DNA from: an uncultured delta proteobacterium
GTDB taxonomy: Bacteria; Myxococcota_A; Polyangia; Polyangiales; Polyangiaceae
Reading direction: 5' to 3'
DNA: 64,000 nt
Assembly: GCA_963696385.1 (NCBI GenBank)
Contig: CAVOKF010000002.1
Coordinates: 79,642 to 143,641 of the forward strand
Part shown: piece after piece, positions 32,456 to 43,756 of the stretch
How positions within the stretch are numbered: position 1 is the first letter of the stretch
How the letters are laid out: every line of letters begins with the position of its first letter
Program-made: the position numbers and the translations under genes
The notes under the pieces: model-generated
What the model was told of the DNA's origin: nothing
Seen by the model: the letters and a program-made list of their open reading frames with translations, nothing else
Databases searched by the model: none

Positions 32456-33447
32456 GGGTGTCGTGTAACGGGTGGGTATGGGAGCGGCTGAACGGATTGA
32501 GGAAGTCGATGCGTTTTACGCGGTGGACGTGCATCTTGTGGGCATGAAGAAGCGACTGACGTCGCAGGACCTGATGGGCGCTCAGCACAGCGAACTAGAG
32601 AGCTACGTCATCAAGGAGGGGCTTGAGCTTCAGCGCTTGCTGCTCGAGGCGCACATGGAGCTGCGGGCGGCGCGGGAACGGCAGGTCCCGGTGAAGGGCG
32701 CGGACGGCATTCGTCGCAGGACGCTGCGGGCGAGTTCGCGTCCCCTGATGACTCTTGTCGGCGAGGTGAGCGTGTCGCGGCTGGCCTACCAGGCGCGAGA
32801 CGTGAACGGTCTGCATCCGATGGACTCGGTGCTGAACCTACCGCCCGAGGCATATTCGCACGGGGTCGAGCGCTTCGTGGCGGAGCACACTGCCATCCAG
32901 TCGTTCGACGACGTCCAGCGGGAAGTCGTCTCGCACACGGGGGCCCAGGTCGCCAAACGGCAGGTCGAGGAGATGTCCGTACGCGCCGCCGCGGACTTCG
33001 AGCTGTTCTACGCCGAGCGTCGAGAGAGCGGAGAGCTGGAGGAGCACACGCGAGACCCGCTGGTGATGACGTTCGACGGCAAAGGCATCGTGATGGTGCC
33101 CAGGGACCTGCGCCCGGCAACCAAGAAGGCCGCTGGCAAGGCCGTGCGCAAGCTCGCGACGCGCCTCACCTCGGGAGAGAAACGCAATCGCAAGCGGATG
33201 GCGGAAGTGGCGGCCATTTATACCGTGCCGAGCTATGCCCGTACGGCCGAGGAGGTCGTCGCGGACCTGAACCGGTGCGCCGACCGCGAAGCACGTCCGG
33301 CACGCCCCAAGGTGCGTAACAAGCGCGTGTGGGCGAGCGTGGCCGAACCCGCGAAAGCCATCATCGAGGAAACATTCCGCGAGGCCCTTGCGCGCGACCC
33401 TGAGCACCAACGGCAGTGGGTCGCCCTGCTGGACGGCAACGAAGACC
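32456..33447 (+). mobile_element. ISKra4-family transposase, 3'-truncated
   Basis: GEVSVSRLAY..LHPMDSVLNLPPEAYSHG, TFDGKGIVM, GEKRNRKRMAEVAAIY, WVALLDGN. Confidence 0.85.
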
Positions 33448-33570
33448 GGAGACGTTCGCGCGCCGCACGTCGACCAGCGTTCGGCGTGGCGACGTAACAG
33501 GCACGCTGCCCACCCAGGCGCGTTCGCGTTCGGCGACGTCGGCGTGGTGGCTTCGCGGCACGGGGGACCA
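33448..33570 (-). pseudogene. AbiEi-like antitoxin fragment
   Basis: HHADV..WVGSVPVTSPRRTLVD motif. Confidence 0.55.
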
Positions 33571-33663
33571 TCGCACGCGCACGGAAACGGAAACGCTCAG
33601 CGGGAAGAGCGGCGGAGCAATGATTTCACCTGACTCGGTGTAGGGGTTCGCGAATTTGGGGGC

Positions 33664-34790
33664 CGTGCTGGCTACTTGAAGGATCCAACGGACGATCGCG
33701 GAGATCAGGCGGCCCGGCGATAGTCGTGGTGCAGGCCGCCGAGCACCGGGAGTTCGACGACTTTTCCTTCCACTGTAGTGCGAGCGGCGGCCGCGGAGCC
33801 GTTCGGGGGCACCGGGATCCGCTGGCGGAGCCCTTGGTGCGGCCGAGCGGCGTTGTAGTAGCGGACGTACTCCGTGACGACGCGTTGCAGGTGCACGTCG
33901 TCCAGCACAATAACGTGGTCGAGACACTCGCGACGAAGCGACCCGAGAAAACGCTCGCAGATGGCGTTCATGTTCGGCGCGCGCATGGCCGTGCGGAGGA
34001 CGCGGATGCCGCTCGCGCGAGCGACGGCGTCGAAGTTGGGCCCGAACTTGTCGTCTCGATCGCGAATCAAAAACTTCGGGGCCTCGCCAAACGGCGTTGC
34101 CTTGCGGAGCTGCTGCGTGACCCACGGCTGGGACGGCGCACGGGTCGTCGCCGCGAACACGATTCTGCGCGAGGCCAGTTCGATGAACACGAACACAAAG
34201 ATCGCGCGGAAGAACACGTCGTAGGCTTGCAGAAAGTCGCACGCCCAGACTTCGCGGGCATGGTTTCGCAAGAACGTGGACCAGCTGCCCATGCGGTCTG
34301 CCCGGCCGGGCTGCGCGTATGTACCTCTGGATCGTGCGTTTGCTGACTTTGATCCCGAGCTTGAGCAATTCTCCGCGGATTCTTTCCGCCCCCCACGTCG
34401 AGTTGTTGGACGCCATCGAGCGAATCAACGCGCCGGTCTCGGCGGGGAGGCGCTTTGCGGAGCGCGGTCGGCTCCGCCAGCGCCACAGGGCCCTGAAGCC
34501 GGCGCGATGCCAACGAAGAAGCGTCTCGGGCTGGACGATGCGCAGCGCATTCCTCCACGTCGGCGTCAAGGCAGCGAGCGCGACCAACACGATCCGGTCG
34601 AGTCGGGTCACCCTCGGCCTGGCGACCGACCGCTGCAGAATGGCGACTTGGTGGCGCACAAGGCGACCTCAGCGAGCAAAGACCGTCGCGACCGAAGCAA
34701 GTCGACGACGGCGGCGGCGAGCATGGTCATGACGGCAAACGTGGTCCGCTAGAGATAGCCGAGCCCTGGGAATCCCAGCCGATCGCCGAA
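33664..34790 (-). mobile_element. rve/DDE insertion element (close relative of 5221-6323), frameshifted
   Basis: WGAERIRGELLKLG in one frame, WACDFLQ..GGLHHDYRRAA in another; end CGTGCTGGCTACT at 33664. Confidence 0.85.
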
Positions 34791-34955
34791 GTAGCCGTGT
34801 CCTTGCGGCACGGCTGCGGGGCGGGGAGTACGAGGGGGGGGTCTGGCGGGGGGCGTGCGAGAGGGGCAGGTCGCGGCGGGCGGCGGTGGCATTCGGCAAC
34901 AGTGCGTGAAGTCGACGCGTGACTCGGGCAGCGTCGCGGTCAGGAGGAAGACCTG

Positions 34956-35369
34956 ATGAATCGAACGAGTATCGGGGCAACGGGCGCTCTAGAAAGTCTG
35001 CGCGGGCGGATGGAGCGGTGGCGAGCCGGATGCGGAGGCAAGCGGTCGAGGGTGCCCCAGGAGCTGTGGAACGCGGCGATCGAGGTGGCTCGCCGCGAAG
35101 GGGTGTGGGCGACGTCGCGGGCGACGCGTTTGAATTACCAAGGGCTGAAGGACCGGATGAGCCGAGCGTCGACGGGCTCGGCGATCCAGACGACGTCGCC
35201 GTCGTTCATCGAAGTGGCGATGCCGGCGGCGAGGACGGCGGACGGGTCGAGCCGGACGGTGATCGAGCTCGAGGGTCGAGGCGGAGAGCGGCTGCGCGTG
35301 GAGGTGACGGGCGCGAGCGGGTTGGACGTGGTCGGATTGGCGCACGCCTTCTGGAGACGCGAGCGATGA
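34956..35369 (+). CDS. tnpA: IS66 TnpA-like protein
   Basis: RVPQELWNAAIEVAR..LNYQGLK..FIEV; overlaps tnpB. Confidence 0.8.
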   Translation: MNRTSIGATGALESLRGRMERWRAGCGGKRSRVPQELWNAAIEVARREGVWATSRATRLNYQGLKDRMSRASTGSAIQTTSPSFIEVAMPAARTADGSSRTVIELEGRGGERLRVEVTGASGLDVVGLAHAFWRRER

Positions 35370-35743
35370 TCCAGCTCACGCCGCAGATGCGGATTCTGGT
35401 TGCGGTGGAGCCGGTGGACTTTCGGCGGGGGATCGACGGGATGTGCCGGGTGTGCCGGCAGATCTTGTCGAGCGATCCGTTTTCGGGAGCAGTGTTCGTA
35501 TTTCGAAGTCGTCGGGGGACCGCGATTAAGATTTTGGCGTACGATGGGCAGGGATTCTGGCTCTGCCAAAAGCGTTTGTCGCATGGAAGATTCGACCACT
35601 GGCCGCGAAGCGGCGCGGGCGACGAGAAGACTCGCCAGCTGCTGGCGCACCAAGTGCAGGTGCTGCTGATGGGTGGCAATCCGGAGACGACGCAGGCGGC
35701 GAGCCCGTGGCGCTCAGTAACGCCGGACGTCGCGGCGGCGTAA
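35366..35743 (+). CDS. tnpB: IS66 accessory protein TnpB
   Basis: MIQLTPQMRILVAVEPVDFRRGIDG..YDGQGFWLCQKRLS. Confidence 0.92.
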   Translation: MIQLTPQMRILVAVEPVDFRRGIDGMCRVCRQILSSDPFSGAVFVFRSRRGTAIKILAYDGQGFWLCQKRLSHGRFDHWPRSGAGDEKTRQLLAHQVQVLLMGGNPETTQAASPWRSVTPDVAAA

Positions 35744-35764
35744 GCCGGCCGCGCTCATCGCCGT

Positions 35765-37498
35765 CTAGGCGGCGGCACGCGTATCGTCGCCGCCGCTCGG
35801 CGAGGCGCCGCGCCGTGCGAGGGTGGCCTTGTAGTTCCAGGGGAGCCAGTCGCCGGGAGCCTCGGCGACGGCCTTGCAATGGCGTTGCAGCGCGGTGAGG
35901 TAATCGAAGGGATTTTGGTGGTGCAGCTCGGCGGTGTGAATGAGGGTCATATAGATGTCGCCGACGCGCGCACCGAGCTCGCTTCTGTAAAAGAACGACA
36001 CGTTTCTCAACCGAATCGCCATCTTGAGGACACGCTCGCACAGGTTATTGTCGAGCGGCGCTCCCGGAACACGGAGAAAAACCGTGAATTTGTCCCACCG
36101 TTTGAGGAAATAGTGGAAGGCCTGCCCGAGGTCGGAGTGGGGCTCGATGCGCTTTTCGTCGAGCTGAGCGGTCATCCACTTCTGCAGATCCCCCATGACG
36201 GGCGCGCTGAGTCGCTGGTGCACCCGTAATCGCTCGTCGTCCGAGAGGCCTTGCTTTTTGCAGTCGTTGTCGACCTTGTAAACCGCCGCGAGCCGCTCGA
36301 GAAGCGCGAGGCACTCGTCGGGGTAGTTGGCGACCTCGTCGACGACCTTGCGTCGCCCGTGGGAGATGCAATTGATCTCGATGACGTCATGGCCGTCGGG
36401 GACGTTGCGCGAAAGGGCGTCACTCATGAGCAGAGGGACAGGCCGGTCTGGGGCTCGTTGTTTCAGCAGCTCGGCGAGGTTTTCTCCCGCATGCTTTCGC
36501 CCCGTGAAAAATAGCGCGATGACGCCGAGTGACGCGATGATCGAGACGATGGCGGTCGTGAACAAGCCTGTGCGCTCGGGGGCCTCGAGTGTTCCTTTCG
36601 CGAGCAAGTCGGCGCGGCGCTTGCCCATGAGGCTCAAGATGCGCATGTGGCTATCGTCGACGTGCAAGAGCTCGGCCTGGGCGGCGATGCGCTTGAGCTC
36701 CTTGTAGACCGGCTCGACCCGATCGACGCGATCGCGCAGGACATCCCACTGGGTCGACGCAGGGACGGGCGTACCGAGATTGTCCTGCAGCTTCTCGAGT
36801 CGATGGAAGGGAACGCCCGCGCCGTAGTGCATCACGGCGATCATGCTGCTGGCGGACTCGTCGCACTTTTCTCCCTGGGCCTCGGGCGGCGGACGAGCGG
36901 TGAACACGTGGCCGCAGGCGCCGCAGCGAAGCTGCTTGCAGTGAAAGCAGGCGGCCCCCAGCGGAGCCCGCCCGACGATCCGAACGAGGGTCGCGGGGGC
37001 GGCCAGCTCGTAGACACGGCCTTGTGTGCAGAGCGGGCACGAGTCTCCCCGCCGCAGCGACTCGTGATCCACGGTGACGTGCTGCGCCGCGCGATAGGCG
37101 GAGGCGGGCACGCGTCCGTGACCCTTGCGCTTTTCTTTCGTGGGGGGCGCCGATGGCTCCGGCGCACTCTCCGCGGCCGCGGGGGTGGCGCTGGGATCGC
37201 TCGCGGGCGCGTCTTGCGGCTCGACCGCCGGATGGGCCGTCTGCGACGCAGGGTTGGCCACGTCGGCCTTGATGTGAGCGGTCTTCTCATTGCCCGTGAG
37301 TCCGAAGAGGCGCCGCACCCGCGTCAGCGTGGCGTGGGTCTTGCGTAGCTCGCGGGTCGTCTCGATCACGGTCGTCGCAAGCGCTTCGATGAGGTGGTAG
37401 TCGTCGTCACAGACGACCGCCCGGATGCGCTCCAGCATCGGCGGCAGGTCGTTCAGATCGACGTCACGGACGGGCGTGCGATCCACGTCAGTACCCAC
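35765..37498 (-). CDS. tnpC: IS66 family transposase TnpC
   Basis: Zn ribbon CPLC..CGACG, LHVDDS, HAGENL, CISHGRRK, PLDNNLCERVLK, NPFDYLTAL..WLPWNY. Confidence 0.92.
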   Translation of the reverse strand: MGTDVDRTPVRDVDLNDLPPMLERIRAVVCDDDYHLIEALATTVIETTRELRKTHATLTRVRRLFGLTGNEKTAHIKADVANPASQTAHPAVEPQDAPASDPSATPAAAESAPEPSAPPTKEKRKGHGRVPASAYRAAQHVTVDHESLRRGDSCPLCTQGRVYELAAPATLVRIVGRAPLGAACFHCKQLRCGACGHVFTARPPPEAQGEKCDESASSMIAVMHYGAGVPFHRLEKLQDNLGTPVPASTQWDVLRDRVDRVEPVYKELKRIAAQAELLHVDDSHMRILSLMGKRRADLLAKGTLEAPERTGLFTTAIVSIIASLGVIALFFTGRKHAGENLAELLKQRAPDRPVPLLMSDALSRNVPDGHDVIEINCISHGRRKVVDEVANYPDECLALLERLAAVYKVDNDCKKQGLSDDERLRVHQRLSAPVMGDLQKWMTAQLDEKRIEPHSDLGQAFHYFLKRWDKFTVFLRVPGAPLDNNLCERVLKMAIRLRNVSFFYRSELGARVGDIYMTLIHTAELHHQNPFDYLTALQRHCKAVAEAPGDWLPWNYKATLARRGASPSGGDDTRAAA

Positions 37499-38363
37499 CG
37501 AGCAGGCGTTTTCGGAAGTCGCCGACCAGCGGATATCCGAACAGCTGTTTGAGGGAACGATTGGGAATCGAGCCGCGAGCGTCCTTGCCGAGGCCGGCGG
37601 TCATCCCGAGAACCGTCCAGTTGGCGGCGCGGTAACACGTGCCGCGAGAACAAGTCGGATCGACAAATGTCTCCGTAAAGTAGATCGGATGCCGGTAGAC
37701 CCGCTGCCAGTCGTCCGAAAGCCGGCGCGAAATGGCGCCGAGCAGATGCGACGCCAGATGCGGCACCTTCACCCACGGCAAAATCAGAAACCGGCTCTGG
37801 TAGGCGACAAACCGAATATGGGCCCTTCGCTGCTCCTTGGACCAGCCGATGTAGCGATCCCGAGGCCCCAGATGCCGCGCGGCCGACGACCAGCAGAAAC
37901 ACGCGATCGGCTGTCCGGCCGCCGATACCAGGTACTTGAGGTGCTCGCCGACCGGATGCGTGTACCCCAGATAGTGATGCTGCTGGACCATCGACTTGAC
38001 CAGCGACTCCTCGGGCGTGCGTCGAACCTGCCGAATGTCCAGGGGAGCGAGCTCCGCGAGCGGAACCGCCAGCGGGCGCGCCGGGACATCCACATGATCC
38101 ACGACCGCGTGCCGACGTGGCTGCTGACTCCGCCATCGCGCCGGCGGCAGCTCCACGTGGCCTTCCCGGTGCAATCGCAGCATCAGCCCGCGACAGACCG
38201 CATCGCACAACGTCCCGTTGGGTTGCGCCCAACCCCACGCCTCACAAACCTTGAACGACAACGCTCGGCGACTGGTCCCCGGACTCGCGGCGATCAGCTC
38301 TCGCAGAAACGCCACGTCGCCGGCGCGCACCTCGCGTCCTCGATATCGAAGCAATGCCTCCAT
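37488..38363 (-). CDS. DUF4338 (DruA-like) domain protein, IS66-associated
   Basis: QHHYLGY..GEHLKYL, RDRYIGWS, RFLILPWV..LASHLLG, ETFVD..GTCYRAANW. Confidence 0.9.
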   Translation of the reverse strand: MEALLRYRGREVRAGDVAFLRELIAASPGTSRRALSFKVCEAWGWAQPNGTLCDAVCRGLMLRLHREGHVELPPARWRSQQPRRHAVVDHVDVPARPLAVPLAELAPLDIRQVRRTPEESLVKSMVQQHHYLGYTHPVGEHLKYLVSAAGQPIACFCWSSAARHLGPRDRYIGWSKEQRRAHIRFVAYQSRFLILPWVKVPHLASHLLGAISRRLSDDWQRVYRHPIYFTETFVDPTCSRGTCYRAANWTVLGMTAGLGKDARGSIPNRSLKQLFGYPLVGDFRKRLLGGY

Positions 38364-39599
38364 GGGCGCGATCCGTATCGCGCCATTTTTTAGAACGTAA
38401 GCTCTATTTTACACCCAGCCTCCGCGTCACGACCGCTCACCGCAGTGTTGCCGCAAGGTCACAAGTAGCCACCACGGGACGTAGACTCGCCTCCACACGC
38501 CGCTGCGGTTTCGGAGAGCGCCCCCACTCGCAGGGCATAGAGAGCCGCGCGACTGCCGCTCGGCCGGCGATGGCGGCGCTTGGACCCGCCGGAACGACGA
38601 GGGCAAGTCGGCCTGGCAAAACGGACAAGCCGGCTCCTCGACCCGAATGTGCCGGGCACATCCGGGACACGCTGCCAGTGGAGTCCGGATCACGCGCAAC
38701 CGCCCCCCGCAAGCTCGACGAGAAACTCGAATCCGATGGGATCGAGCCGCTGCCTCGCGGGCGGGGTGGGATGGGCCATCCGCGCTCGGCGGCAGGCTCG
38801 GTCCATTCCGCTTGCGCCGGCGCGGGCTAGAGGATTGTTGAGCGGCCTGCCGGACGTGATAAAGCGCGCTCCCGTCCGAGCGGTCACCGGCGCCTCGGTA
38901 CGAAAAGGCGGAGGCATCGGGTTATCGAGTAGAACAGCACGTTCCGCCTTGCGCGGCCATCCGTCAAGGCGCGGTCGGGAACCGGTCTCTCCTTGCCGCC
39001 AGGCGTCATCGACCGGCGCCCGCAACTCCGGTTGAATCGCTCCGAATGGGCGGCCATGACCGAGTCCGGGCGCGAACGCGCAATCCCGCGTGCAAGTGTC
39101 GCCGACGTTGGCTCGGTCGCTGACGGCGCAGATAGGCCTGTCGGGCAGTGGGGTCGTCGACCTTGCCTGGCCCTGGGAGGCTCTTGGCGCGCTCGCGGCG
39201 GTGGACCAACTTGCGGCGTCGCCCGACGACGATAGGCTTGGCCATGCAGCTCGCTTACGACGGAGGAGGTACCCGTGAAGAACCGCGAAGCGTGCTTTGC
39301 GAAGGGTTACTGAGTCCGACTCGCACCCCATCGCCTGCGCGCGCGCGCAAGCGATCGGTCATCGCCAAACCCCACCTGGAGTGCGATGTTCTTCTCGGCG
39401 AGCCCTTGGGCGGTGAGTTGCGCCACGGCCTCGCGCCGCATCACGTCGGGTTCCGGTCCGCACGGAACGCTCCCGAGCCAAGTTTGCTGGCCCGGTCGAG
39501 GCCATCTCCGTGCTCGGCGGCCTTCATCATGACTACCGCGCCGCTGCCTGATGCCGGCGGACAGCCCAAGGAGCCAGGACAACGGGCGCGTGAGCCGAC

Positions 39600-39806
39600 G
39601 TCGCCGCTTTTAGAGAGCAGATCGCGTGCCGAAGCGTTGTCGCTGCGGCTCCGTCCAAGTGGACGATTGAGCAATTGCGCCGATACGCGCCTCGACGCTA
39701 ATCGCACGCGTCACGGGCGCCGTCGCACAATCGCCTATTATTTATGTTACTGCGGCGGTTTTCCCGGTCTCTTCGTCGGCCGATGCGCTTTGAAGCCGCT
39801 ATTCGC
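39600..39806 (-). repeat. Divergent GGCGAG-type end (copy I) with long extension also present at 51981-52083 and 58899-58996
   Basis: rc GCGAATAG..CGACGAAGAGACC..GTAACATAAATAATAGGCGATTGTGCGAC..GTATCGGCGCAATTGCTCAAT..GGACGGAG. Confidence 0.75.
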
Positions 39807-40025
39807 TCCTGCGATGTCCAAAGTGCCACGGCCGACTGCGGGTGCTCGCCGTGATCACCGAGCGCGAGCCCGTGCGCCATGTTTTCGTGCCCTCTTCCGG
39901 GCGCGCCCCGGGCCCTGGGCGGCGGCGGCGCAGGATCCCAGAGCACCCACTTTACCCGCGGTCAGTGGCGTGCAATCACTTGAAATCGCCTCTGGCGGAC
40001 TCCTCCGATAGTCCTGACGCCGACG

Positions 40026-41702
40026 ATGTCCGCCACGGTCCTCCTAGCCCACCGTTCCTATACGGCGGTCCGCGGAACGAGCGGCTCCGGTATTGACGCC
40101 ACGCCGAGCCGATGTTCGACTTCCCAGTCATGCTCTAGCCCGGCCCAGAAGCCGGAATTTGGCGTGCGGGAGGCGCCTGTCGAAGTGCGCGAAGGCGATG
40201 TCGTCGCAGGGTACCGAATCGGCCAATTGCTCGGTTCGGGGGCAATGGGAACGGTATTTGCCGCACAGCACATTTTGCTGGACCAGAAGGTCGCCATCAA
40301 GTTCTTGGTCACCGAGTCCGCACCCTCGGACTCGATTGCTCGCTTCGTGCGCGAAGCCAGGGCCACGGCGACGATCAAGAGTCCGCACGTGGTCCGTGTC
40401 CTCGACGTCGCGCTTCGTGACGGAGGGGCGCCGTACATCGTCATGGAATATCTGGAGGGCTGCGATCTCGCGTCATGGCTGCGAACTAGGGGGCCGCCGG
40501 GCGTTCACGTCGCAGTCGACTTCGTCTTGCAGGCTTGCGACGCAATTGCCGAGGCGCACCAACTTCAAATCATTCATCGCGACCTAAAGCCGGCCAATCT
40601 CTTTGCCGTCCACCGGGGTGGGGCCGTCGAAGTCATCAAAGTCCTCGATTTCGGAATTTCAAAGGCGGCCGGGCTCGTGTCCACGACTGCACCACCCGGC
40701 ATCTGGCGCCCGGGCGCGATCGTCACCGAGGAGAAGATCCCGTTCGGCTCACCCTGCTACATGTCTCCCGAACAGATGGAGTCGGCGCGCGACGTCGACA
40801 TCCGTACGGACATCTGGTCGCTCGGCGTCACGCTCTTCGAACTCATCACGGGCACGTTGCCCTTCCAAGGCCAGTCCCTCGTTCAAGTCTACGCGACCAT
40901 CAAGTCCGGACCAAAGCTCAGCCTGCCGCAGGGGTCCCCCCGCGGCCTCATCGACGTCATTCGGCATTGCCTCGCCACCGAACGCAGCCAACGTTACGCG
41001 ACGGTCGACGAGCTGCAGACGGCACTGGGTCCGTTCAGCTCGCCCCGAAACACCGTCCGGACTCGACGTGCAAGACGTAGGGATAGCGGTTCGGAGACGC
41101 CATCTCCCGAGGGTCGATCGGAGGTTGTTACCCCCAGTCCCCGCGTGGTCCGGGCGAGCACGACTCCGGATGCCACATTGATCTCCGCAAATCCTGTTGT
41201 GCCGATTTCGAAGCGAGATCCCCTGGTGACTTTCGCTATTGGACTTTTAGCGGTCCTTGCCGTGGGTGGTCTTGTCGGCCTCATATCGACCCGCAAGACT
41301 TCCAATCCGTCCTCCCTGTCCCCGCTCGGATCGCTGGAGCCTTCCACAAGGCTCCGCGCGCCGTTCGGGCGTGTCGAGGAATCCTTCCCGGCTGACTCTG
41401 GCCCTCGTCTTCCAACCACCGTCAACGATCCGGGCCCTTTGCGGGAACCGACGCATTCCTCTAGCGTCCCCCGCGCAAAGGCACCCGGACCCGATTCGTC
41501 CCGCGCGTCCGCACGACCGCCTGCGCCCGGTTCGATGACACCGTCGAACTTCGTGACGTCCTCGGCCGCCAACAGCGTGCGGGCCTCCGCGACTGGCACT
41601 TCCTCGGTGCCCCCGAGAGACGCCGACTCCGCGTCGGACGCCGAGGCGCGGCCCGCAACATCGTCAGGAGAGCATTGGTTTCCTCCGGACGTTCCCAGGT
41701 AG
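40026..41702 (+). CDS. Hanks-type Ser/Thr protein kinase with TM helix
   Basis: GSGAMG, VAIK, HRDLKPAN, DFG and YMSPEQ motifs; true start probably further downstream. Confidence 0.95.
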   Translation: MSATVLLAHRSYTAVRGTSGSGIDATPSRCSTSQSCSSPAQKPEFGVREAPVEVREGDVVAGYRIGQLLGSGAMGTVFAAQHILLDQKVAIKFLVTESAPSDSIARFVREARATATIKSPHVVRVLDVALRDGGAPYIVMEYLEGCDLASWLRTRGPPGVHVAVDFVLQACDAIAEAHQLQIIHRDLKPANLFAVHRGGAVEVIKVLDFGISKAAGLVSTTAPPGIWRPGAIVTEEKIPFGSPCYMSPEQMESARDVDIRTDIWSLGVTLFELITGTLPFQGQSLVQVYATIKSGPKLSLPQGSPRGLIDVIRHCLATERSQRYATVDELQTALGPFSSPRNTVRTRRARRRDSGSETPSPEGRSEVVTPSPRVVRASTTPDATLISANPVVPISKRDPLVTFAIGLLAVLAVGGLVGLISTRKTSNPSSLSPLGSLEPSTRLRAPFGRVEESFPADSGPRLPTTVNDPGPLREPTHSSSVPRAKAPGPDSSRASARPPAPGSMTPSNFVTSSAANSVRASATGTSSVPPRDADSASDAEARPATSSGEHWFPPDVPR

Positions 41703-41775
41703 CGCAGAGACTCACTGATCGCATTTTTCCAACGCGAATCCCTTTCACATCCACTTTTGCGCCCAGGCTCGAACG

Positions 41776-42696
41776 ATGGCCTCGATCCGCGAATCTGCAA
41801 CTGGCAAAACCTTACCTCTCGAGCCCGATCACGTCGTGGGTCGCGCACTGACTTGCGCCTTGCGTCTCGCACCGCCCTACGTCTCCGCGCAGCAGACACT
41901 TCTTCGATGGACCGGTGACCGCTGGTGCGCGCGCGATCTCGGCAGCAGCAATGGGACATTCGTCGATGGGGTACGGATAGCAGCCGGTGAGGAATACCCG
42001 CTCCAACGCGGCTCACGCGTGGCGTTCGGCGACCTTGGAGCGGACTGGGAACTCGTGGACGACGGCCCGCCTCAGGTGATGGCCATTCCCCTCGATGGGG
42101 GTACACCGCTCATCATCGATGACGAATTGCTCGCGCTGCCGTCCGCGGACGACCCACAAGCAACTATTTATCGCGGACTGACGGACGACTGGCTCCTCGA
42201 ACAGCACGACGAATCCGTCATGCTTCTCCGGCACTTCGTGGTGTTCGCATGCGCCGGCCGCATGTGGCGCTTTTGCTGCGGACAAACGGTGGGCAGAACC
42301 ACACGCGCCTCTCTGTCACCTATCGAAATGCGCCTGGGTCACATGGAGCTTATATTCAGCGTATCGCTCGATGAGGAGCACGTGGGCCTCCAGGTACGGT
42401 GCGGCGGCCGCAGCATCGACATGGGAGTGCGCGCTCACCATTATCTGCTTCTGACTCTCGCTCGCCAGCGGATCCGTGACGCCCAAGCCGGCCTTCCGGA
42501 GGCGTCATGCGGCTGGATCGACCGCGAAGACGTGGCACACGATCCTCGAATGGCCTCTCCTCAACTGAACGTCGACGTCTTTCGCATTCGAAGGCAGTTC
42601 GCCGACAAGGGCGTGGTCGACGCAGCGACCCTCGTCGAGCGCCGCCCGCGACAGCTTCGCATCGGGACCGGCAGAATCTCTATCGAGCGGTCGTGA
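41776..42696 (+). CDS. FHA domain protein
   Basis: VVGR..VSAQQ..RDLGSSNGTFVDG; C-terminal LNVDVFRIRRQF. Confidence 0.9.
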   Translation: MASIRESATGKTLPLEPDHVVGRALTCALRLAPPYVSAQQTLLRWTGDRWCARDLGSSNGTFVDGVRIAAGEEYPLQRGSRVAFGDLGADWELVDDGPPQVMAIPLDGGTPLIIDDELLALPSADDPQATIYRGLTDDWLLEQHDESVMLLRHFVVFACAGRMWRFCCGQTVGRTTRASLSPIEMRLGHMELIFSVSLDEEHVGLQVRCGGRSIDMGVRAHHYLLLTLARQRIRDAQAGLPEASCGWIDREDVAHDPRMASPQLNVDVFRIRRQFADKGVVDAATLVERRPRQLRIGTGRISIERS

Positions 42697-42831
42697 GACT
42701 CACCGCCCGGGCCCACCCCTAGCCTTCTCAAATACGGAACGTTCTGTCGCCCGACCCGGCACTCACGGACGGGCCGGTAAGCCGCCATCGTCAAGCAGGA
42801 AACCAGCGCCGAGGTCGACGCCGTCAGCAGC

Positions 42832-43752
42832 TCATTCACAATCTATGCAGTTGTCGCCTAGGCATAGGAGGATCGCATTTGCGGTACCCGCGCCAAAACT
42901 GGTGTCGTACAGGCGCTGCAACACGGTTGACGGATCGGTCGTTTCGAGGCCATTCTCCTCCTGTGTCGTGCAGGCAGCGCCAGGCTCAGGCCCTAAGGCG
43001 GCGCAGTCTTGAGTCGTCTCGGCGCCACAGTAGCAAGGCGTGGCGGCGTTTCCTTCATTGTAACACGCGGTGGTCGCGTTGAGCACGCAGGTAAGGGCCG
43101 TGTAGCACAGCTGCTGCCGGGACTGGCCAGCCGCTGGCCCGGCGTCGGCTACCTGCCCGCTCAGGTGCTCGCAGGCCGTTCCCGCGTCGACGCACATCTG
43201 CTGCGCGCACGCCTGACAAAGGGCACCCTGGGTGCCAAGGATGACGCCCAGCGTGTTGATATCGTCGTCGGCGTCCGCCACGGCAGCGTCGACAACCTCG
43301 CCGTCGGAGGCGTCGCTCGCGGAATCGAAAACGGACGAGTCGACGCTCACATCGGGCGGAGCGCTGTCGACCACGGCCTCACCGCCGGACTCAGCGATTG
43401 CGTCGCCTGACCATCCGTCGCTTCCGGAATCGACGATTGCGGCCGTCTCAGGTCCGCCGTCGATGACGTCACCGTTCGAGTCGACTGGTGCATCGCCATC
43501 GGCGAAATCGGCGAAGACGTCTCCTGCCGAATCTACCCCAGGCGCGTCTCCCGGCGCCCCCTCCTCCCCTCCGTCGTCGACCGTCGCATCGCTTCCAGAC
43601 GCCGCGCTGGCGTCGGAGGCGTCGGACCCGCTATCCAGGCCCCTGGCCGGGCCCGCACCGGAATCGTTGCCGCTGCAGCCCGCGACCGCGTGGGCAGCCG
43701 TGATCCCGAGGGCGATGCACGCGACAAGGCCTGTTCGCGAGGGCGTCCGCAT
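42832..43752 (-). CDS. Cys-rich lipoprotein with acidic DAG linker
   Basis: AVAGC lipobox, long D/A-rich linker, C-terminal Cys domain (CYCG). Confidence 0.8.
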   Translation of the reverse strand: MRTPSRTGLVACIALGITAAHAVAGCSGNDSGAGPARGLDSGSDASDASAASGSDATVDDGGEEGAPGDAPGVDSAGDVFADFADGDAPVDSNGDVIDGGPETAAIVDSGSDGWSGDAIAESGGEAVVDSAPPDVSVDSSVFDSASDASDGEVVDAAVADADDDINTLGVILGTQGALCQACAQQMCVDAGTACEHLSGQVADAGPAAGQSRQQLCYTALTCVLNATTACYNEGNAATPCYCGAETTQDCAALGPEPGAACTTQEENGLETTDPSTVLQRLYDTSFGAGTANAILLCLGDNCIDCE

Positions 43753-43756
43753 TTTA

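Noticed and set aside
37488..38363. Druantia defence system
   Set aside because: DUF4338 is coupled to IS66 tnpC; no DruE helicase or other dru genes are present.
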